Below are positions 58,738-64,000 of a stretch of 64,000 nucleotides of DNA, piece after piece (the first letter of the stretch is position 1; every line of letters begins with the position of its first letter). A program made the translations under genes and the position numbers. Source of the DNA: Turneriella sp. (GTDB lineage: Bacteria > Spirochaetota > Leptospiria > Turneriellales > Turneriellaceae); the NCBI GenBank assembly GCA_965279515.1, contig CBDIID010000003.1, forward strand, positions 1,824,001-1,888,000, in the 5' to 3' direction. A model generated the notes under the pieces. The model ran no database searches. It was not told the DNA's origin and saw nothing but the letters and a program-made list of their open reading frames with translations.

Positions 58738-59313
58738 CTATGGGGCAACGCCGTCGAGAAGGGCGGTTGTGATATCACGCGCCTTCAACGGCATTTGGGC
58801 GACGACGCCAGTATCCACAACGGTTGTGCTGTCACTGACCGCAGTTGTTACCGTTTTCGAACCGATATCATAGACTGCACCAAAAAGATCCATCTTGATC
58901 GTTTTAGGGACTGCCATGCCGCTGCCCTTTTCTGCGCCCACGAAGATAATCGTATCAAACTTGCCGAGGCTTGATGCAACTTTTAGCACTTCGCCGAGGG
59001 CGACGGCTTTTAGGTTGGTCTGGTCTACCGCGCCGCCATTGTTAATCCCAAACTCGGCATATGCTTTGGATATACCCTGTGCCGGGCCCGGAACGGAGGG
59101 CAGTATTTTCACCGTGCCGACCTTCTGCGCGACCGATGCCGCAAACGCTTTAGATGCCGCTGAGTCGCCCGAGGCATTGTCTTCAGCGACAATCAGAACG
59201 CTTTTTCCAGTCAGGTTGACTTTTGTCGATTTATCCGGGTGGCGGGCAGCGCCGCTGCCGCAGGCGATGAACGCTGCAGCACACAATGCTGTTACAATTA
59301 TTTTCATTTTCAT
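58738..59313 (-). CDS. Lipoprotein, unknown function
   Basis: MKMKIIVTALCAAAFIAC lipobox; GGAG ribosome-binding site; has its own terminator. Confidence 0.8.
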   Translation of the reverse strand: MKMKIIVTALCAAAFIACGSGAARHPDKSTKVNLTGKSVLIVAEDNASGDSAASKAFAASVAQKVGTVKILPSVPGPAQGISKAYAEFGINNGGAVDQTNLKAVALGEVLKVASSLGKFDTIIFVGAEKGSGMAVPKTIKMDLFGAVYDIGSKTVTTAVSDSTTVVDTGVVAQMPLKARDITTALLDGVAP

Positions 59314-59480
59314 AATAAGTTCTCCGTTGGTTTTTGATCGTTACTTGTCTCAAGAGGCAAGCGTATGGCTCTAGTCGACCCCAGTGGCAGCGTCGATGAT
59401 TTTTCCCTTTCTGTCTACGCTAAGGCGCCGTAGGACGCTATTTTGGTTGACCTAAGGTTTACGGCACATGCGCATGAACA

Positions 59481-61451
59481 GTGGTCTCGCATATCTATTT
59501 CGACCCCAGCCTTTCCCGGATCACCCTGGAATCCTTCCGTGACCAGATCCATTTCGCCACTTTAGGCGATAATCTCGCCATTAAACCGCAGAGTTCAGAC
59601 GAAGAACATGCCGTGATCTGGCTCATGACTTCGGCGGCGCTCACCGAAAATGCGGGCCTCGTTGCAAACTGGCTGCAAAAGTACCCGCAGCACCGCTCGC
59701 GCATCATCGTGCTGGGGGACCATGAAATTTCAGAGAAGCGCTACAGCCCGCTAAACGAAGACCAAATCAGCCTTTACCTTCCGGCAGCAATACCGATGGC
59801 ACAGGTACGCAAGGCCTGCGACATGCAGTTAAACGCCCTGCACGCCGAATACGACAGACTCAACCTGCAAGAGAAACTCGCCAACAGCTATATCGAGATC
59901 CGCCGCCTGACAACCGTCGGCCAGGCATTGGCGACCGAGCGTGACTTTGATCGCCTGATCGAGCTCGTGCTCAATTCGGCCATTGAACTCACCAGCGCCG
60001 ATGGCGGCTCGATTTACCTGAGTGAGAAACACGATGCGGGTGAGAAACCCAGCCACATCCGTTTCAAGAAATCGGCGATGCAGCTCGACGCCGGCGAGTT
60101 TTTGCTGCCGATCGACAAAAAATCCATCGCCGGCTATGTCGCGCTGACCGTTGAACCGCTGCTGATCGACGATGTGCACCAATTGCCGGTCGACGCGGGT
60201 TATACGTACAACTCAGAATACGACCGGGCGCATAACTACTACACCAAATCGATGATGGTGATTCCCATGAAAAATCACCATGAAGAAGTCATTGGCGTCA
60301 TTCAGCTCATCAACCGCAAGCGCGACGGCGATGTCAAACTGACGCTCGAAGAGCTCAAGGGCAATGCCATTGTTTCTTTTACCCGCAAAGACTATTCGCT
60401 CGTGAGCGCCATGGCCGGGCAAGCGGCCGTGGCGATCGAAAACAACCAGCTGCTGCAAGATATCCAGAATCTTTTTGAAGGCTTTGTCAAAGCATCGGTC
60501 ACTGCGATTGAACAGCGCGACCCCACGACGAGCGGGCATTCGTTCCGTGTCGCCGACTATGCCGTGAATATCGCGATGGCTGTGAACCGCGACACGAGTT
60601 CGCGTTTCAACGCGGTGCGTTTCACGCGCAACCAGATCCAGGAACTGCGCTACGCTTCGTTGCTGCACGATTTCGGCAAGGTTGGGGTACGTGAGGATGT
60701 CCTCATTAAGGCGAAAAAGCTCTATCCGCAACAGCTGGAGCTCATCCGCTGGCGCTTCCACTATATCAGAAAAGATATCGAGACCAAACTGCTGCAGCGC
60801 AGCCTGGCTGAACTCAAACAATCTCCCCAGCAGAAATGGCCTGAAATCGAAGCAAAATTTCAAGCCGACCTTGAGAAGAATCTTATCGAGGCAGAAGAAA
60901 TGTTTTCCGCAATCCTATCGGCCAATGAGCCTACGGTGCTTGCCGGCGGTTCTTTTGAATTCCTGAAGAAGATCGCCGAAAACAAAGTGAAGGTTACCGC
61001 CGAACACGAGGTGCCCTGGCTTTCAGACCAGGAACTCGTGATGCTGTCGATACGCAAGGGCACGCTCGACGAGCGCGAACGCCAGGAAATCGAGTCGCAT
61101 GTCACGCACACGTATAACTTCCTCAAACAGATCCCCTGGACGCCGAACCTGCGCTGGGTGCCAGAGATCGCCTACGGCCACCATGAAAAACTCAACGGCG
61201 GCGGTTATCCGCTCAAGCGCCGCGACCCCGAAATTTCTCTGCAAACCCGCATGATGACGATTGCCGATATCTACGATGCGCTCACCGCCTGGGACCGCCC
61301 GTACAAAAAGGCGATTCCGCCCGAGAAGGCGATCGACATTCTCGGCATGGAAGTGAAAGACGGCCACGTCGACGCCGACCTGCTCAAGATTTTCGTCGAT
61401 GCGAAAGTTTTTGCGCGCATCGACGAGCTCAGGGCAGTCGAAACGCGGTAA
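59481..61451 (+). CDS. GAF + HD-GYP cyclic-di-GMP phosphodiesterase
   Basis: GAF IGVIQLIN; TSGHS.RV, LHDFGK, HHEKLNGGGYP, ADIYDALT..RPYK. Confidence 0.92.
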   Translation: MVSHIYFDPSLSRITLESFRDQIHFATLGDNLAIKPQSSDEEHAVIWLMTSAALTENAGLVANWLQKYPQHRSRIIVLGDHEISEKRYSPLNEDQISLYLPAAIPMAQVRKACDMQLNALHAEYDRLNLQEKLANSYIEIRRLTTVGQALATERDFDRLIELVLNSAIELTSADGGSIYLSEKHDAGEKPSHIRFKKSAMQLDAGEFLLPIDKKSIAGYVALTVEPLLIDDVHQLPVDAGYTYNSEYDRAHNYYTKSMMVIPMKNHHEEVIGVIQLINRKRDGDVKLTLEELKGNAIVSFTRKDYSLVSAMAGQAAVAIENNQLLQDIQNLFEGFVKASVTAIEQRDPTTSGHSFRVADYAVNIAMAVNRDTSSRFNAVRFTRNQIQELRYASLLHDFGKVGVREDVLIKAKKLYPQQLELIRWRFHYIRKDIETKLLQRSLAELKQSPQQKWPEIEAKFQADLEKNLIEAEEMFSAILSANEPTVLAGGSFEFLKKIAENKVKVTAEHEVPWLSDQELVMLSIRKGTLDERERQEIESHVTHTYNFLKQIPWTPNLRWVPEIAYGHHEKLNGGGYPLKRRDPEISLQTRMMTIADIYDALTAWDRPYKKAIPPEKAIDILGMEVKDGHVDADLLKIFVDAKVFARIDELRAVETR

Positions 61452-61454
61452 CGC

Positions 61455-62207
61455 ATGCAAGCTTTGCCCATACACCCGCTGCTCACCGGCATTGTGGGGC
61501 AGGCATGGCTGACCCGGCATTCAGGCGTTGATTCTTACCGGGTGTTGCCCAGCATCTATACCGTCATTGGCTTTCAGTTTTCCGGCAGGATTCACCACGT
61601 CGGCGAAAACCGTGCGTTAAGTACCTTCGGCGTCACTGGCATTCTCGATAGCTGGCGGGCGTTCCGCAGCGATGCATCCACACAGTCTCTGCTGATCTTT
61701 TTTAACCCCGGCGGTTTTTACCGCCTGTTTGGCGCAGTCGCCGGTGAGCTCGGCAGCGCCAGCCTGGCACTCAGCGATGTGTCACAACCCGCGATCGCTG
61801 GCGACTTCACGGATATCTTGTCTGCTGCAGGTCCGATCGCCGAGAAATGGCGGCTGCTGCAAAACGGCTTTCTCAAACGACTCGGCCGCGAGCTTTCACC
61901 CGAATCGCGGGGTGCGCTGTATCATATGAGCCAGGCAAACGGCACAAGACGAATCGAAGAAATCGCGACAGAGCTCGGCGTCAGCCGACGCACTGTAGAG
62001 AGAAAATTTGCGGCCGAAATCGGCACTCCCCCGAAACACCTGGCGCGGATACTGCGCTGGCGCCATACCATGAAAAACCTGGCAAATTACGCCGATCTTT
62101 CAACCGCCGCCCTCGCCCACGGTTATTTCGACCAGGCGCATTTTATCCGCGAAACGCAAAGCCTGGGCGGCATTTCGCCGTCAAAATTCGGTAGCGCCGT
62201 TTTTTGA
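61455..62207 (+). CDS. AraC-family regulator (DUF6597-type N-terminus)
   Basis: RVLP N-terminus; SRRTVERKF...IGTPPK; GYFDQAHFIRE. Confidence 0.88.
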   Translation: MQALPIHPLLTGIVGQAWLTRHSGVDSYRVLPSIYTVIGFQFSGRIHHVGENRALSTFGVTGILDSWRAFRSDASTQSLLIFFNPGGFYRLFGAVAGELGSASLALSDVSQPAIAGDFTDILSAAGPIAEKWRLLQNGFLKRLGRELSPESRGALYHMSQANGTRRIEEIATELGVSRRTVERKFAAEIGTPPKHLARILRWRHTMKNLANYADLSTAALAHGYFDQAHFIRETQSLGGISPSKFGSAVF

Positions 62208-62213
62208 AACACT

Positions 62214-62230
62214 TGTCGCATTTATACAAT
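62214..62230 (+). promoter_or_regulatory. TGTCGCATTTATACAAT candidate AraC target site
   Basis: Lies between the araC stop and the next gene; resembles a motif I recall at the 3' ends of genes in this AraC subfamily. Confidence 0.45.
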
Positions 62231-62264
62231 CCGTTATTTTACAGCAGTGTAAATTCGGTTCACT

Positions 62265-62888
62265 ATGAAAAGAGAACCTATATTCGACCTTCCCCATAAG
62301 GGCCTGCGGATCGCCCTGTCAGAGCTGACTGCCGCCGCCACAGGCAATGATTTCTCCGTGACGGCGGAGCGTGCCGGTTTCGAAAGCCTGTTCCGTTCGG
62401 TTTGGGAGCTCATCGATGCACACAGCCATACCGAAGAGCACATGACATTCACGGAACTGGATGGCCGGGCACCCGGCGCGAGTGATGCCCTGCGCCTGGA
62501 GCACCGCGAACTCGACAAGGCATACGACGCGCTGCGAAACGCCGTTGAAAGCGGAAGCTATGCCACGTCGGCAGACAAATTCACTGCGGATCTCAACCGT
62601 TTCAGTGCGGCATTTCAGGCGCACATGAACCGCGAAGAAGACGAGCTGGAACCCCTGATGTGGCAACATTTCAGCGACGCGGAAATCCAGGAACAGCGAC
62701 GCCATATTATGGCGGCCGACGGCCCGGAAAAGCTGCTGAAATATTTCCGGTTCGTATTCTTCGCGCTGACGGAAAAACAAACGACGGAATTTCTCGGACG
62801 GCTGAAAACGATGTTTCCCGAAGCGGCGTTCGCCGAAGCGCAAAGGCTCGCGGCGGCGGCATCACGGCGCCGCATGGCGCGGCTTTAG
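62265..62888 (+). CDS. Hemerythrin-like (HHE) domain protein
   Basis: PHKGLR, HSHTEE, EH, HMNREE. Confidence 0.85.
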   Translation: MKREPIFDLPHKGLRIALSELTAAATGNDFSVTAERAGFESLFRSVWELIDAHSHTEEHMTFTELDGRAPGASDALRLEHRELDKAYDALRNAVESGSYATSADKFTADLNRFSAAFQAHMNREEDELEPLMWQHFSDAEIQEQRRHIMAADGPEKLLKYFRFVFFALTEKQTTEFLGRLKTMFPEAAFAEAQRLAAAASRRRMARL

Positions 62889-63512
62889 CTAGAGCCGCCA
62901 GTGAATGCCTAGTCCCCCGCCGATGGCTTCGTAGGATGGATTGTACGAAACCAGCCCCTGGCCATTAGAGACATGCATCCAATGGCCAAAAGCATGCAGC
63001 GCCATGCTGTCAGATAAGCGGATGCGCACATAAGGCCCGATACGCCCCATGAAGTTATAGCTGCGCCCGCCGGCGGGAAAAGGCGAGCTATAAAGCATGA
63101 TACCGCCCAGCGCCTCGACGCCCAACGTAAGGTTATCGGTGCGCAGGGGTTCAAACCGCAAAAGACCGGTACCGCCCGCCGAAGCCGCATTGTTCGCATA
63201 TACACTTTCGCGTAAGCTACCGGCTTCGAACGAGCCTTCGAGCTGCATGATTTCGCCCCAAGCATAACCAGCCGAGACTCCGCCGCCGACCACGAGCATA
63301 CCGTTCCGTGTAATGTTGCGCCCGAAAAGCACGTCCGTTGTTACGGTATAGATGCGGCGGTCGGCTTTCGTCGGAACCATGTATTCCGCGGCAGTGAGCA
63401 GAAAGGGATTTCCCCCGGAGGCAAAAGCCCAGCCACTGAAAAGGACAACGGCATAAATAACAGGAAACATAAGCGGCAGACCCAGAGACGGCAAACGGCG
63501 TTCCAAAGCCAA
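62889..63512 (-). CDS. Acyloxyacyl hydrolase, PagL-like outer-membrane barrel
   Basis: YNF...WMHVSNG...NPSYE resembles the PagL HxSN catalytic region; signal peptide ending AFA. Confidence 0.7.
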   Translation of the reverse strand: MALERRLPSLGLPLMFPVIYAVVLFSGWAFASGGNPFLLTAAEYMVPTKADRRIYTVTTDVLFGRNITRNGMLVVGGGVSAGYAWGEIMQLEGSFEAGSLRESVYANNAASAGGTGLLRFEPLRTDNLTLGVEALGGIMLYSSPFPAGGRSYNFMGRIGPYVRIRLSDSMALHAFGHWMHVSNGQGLVSYNPSYEAIGGGLGIHWRL

Positions 63513-63552
63513 AGAACTCTTTACCCTATTGCGGTTCCTCCGGGCTTAACCC

Positions 63553-63939
63553 ATGGAAATTCTTCTCAAATCGGGCGCGGCGCTGCTCATCGTTTCACTG
63601 ATCCTCGCATGGCTGCTGGTGGCAGTGAAATACCTGGGGCTCTTCAACAACATCTTCGTGAACCAGAAGTATCTGCTGAGTGCACACCTCGACTATATCT
63701 TTATGGCTATTCTTAACTGGCTGGTCTATACGATTGTCGGCAGCACGCATGGTAATGATATCATGGCCTACCTGATCGTCGCGGGTTCGGCGCTAAACCC
63801 TTTGCTCTTTCTCGTGATGTCGGTTAAACCCGATATTAAAAAATCACCGTTCTCACCCTTCGGCATATTCTCATCATTTTCATTCACGCTGACAACAGCT
63901 GGTTATGGCTGGGCGGCTGTCGAAGTTTTGCGTAATTAA
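63553..63939 (+). CDS. Hypothetical 4-TM membrane protein
   Basis: AHLDYIFM, GSALNP; four hydrophobic helices. Confidence 0.7.
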   Translation: MEILLKSGAALLIVSLILAWLLVAVKYLGLFNNIFVNQKYLLSAHLDYIFMAILNWLVYTIVGSTHGNDIMAYLIVAGSALNPLLFLVMSVKPDIKKSPFSPFGIFSSFSFTLTTAGYGWAAVEVLRN

Positions 63940-63941
63940 TC

Positions 63942-64000
63942 TCAGAGCGGGCTCGAAGCCGTCGCATAGAGTTTTGCGGGGATTGCCCCCGCGAGAAATC
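63942..64000 (-). CDS. Possible C-terminal end of a gene entering from beyond the window
   Basis: One minus frame reads FLAGAIPAKLYATASSPL-stop; too short to assign. Confidence 0.3.
   Translation of the reverse strand, partial: FLAGAIPAKLYATASSPL

Noticed and set aside
59481..61451. Long insertion between the HD and GYP motifs
   Set aside because: This is a known feature of the GAF-HD-GYP subfamily.

Overview
A gene-dense, mostly housekeeping and envelope window of roughly 54% GC (by eye). The spirochaetal-type lipoproteins, membrane-bound AraC, CheX proteins and SH3-like secreted protein suggest a Leptospiraceae spirochete, most plausibly Turneriella; this is an inference. About 65 CDSs cover fatty-acid and lipid metabolism, outer-membrane barrels, signal transduction, alkylation repair (ada/alkA-ogt), peptidoglycan enzymes (mltG, slt), hppA, deoB, map and a hicBA toxin-antitoxin pair. 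I found no rRNA, tRNA, CRISPR array, transposase or phage genes. The most notable items are: (1) a signalling island (15.1-21.5 kb) with CheY, CheX, a porin, a small binding protein and a transmembrane CheA-like kinase that lacks a CheW domain, facing a divergent RsbW-like ATPase and a second CheX; (2) a methyltransferase resembling fungal sphingolipid C9-methyltransferases; (3) LvaA/LvaB-like genes followed by hicBA, with an LvaC-like dehydrogenase elsewhere in the window; (4) a secreted caspase-family protease fused to Tudor-like domains; (5) a TTGAC box recurring 28-33 nt before many start codons, suggesting leaderless mRNAs, plus three genes that seem to need ATT, ATC or CTG starts. All protein calls come from motif recognition by eye, not from database searches.
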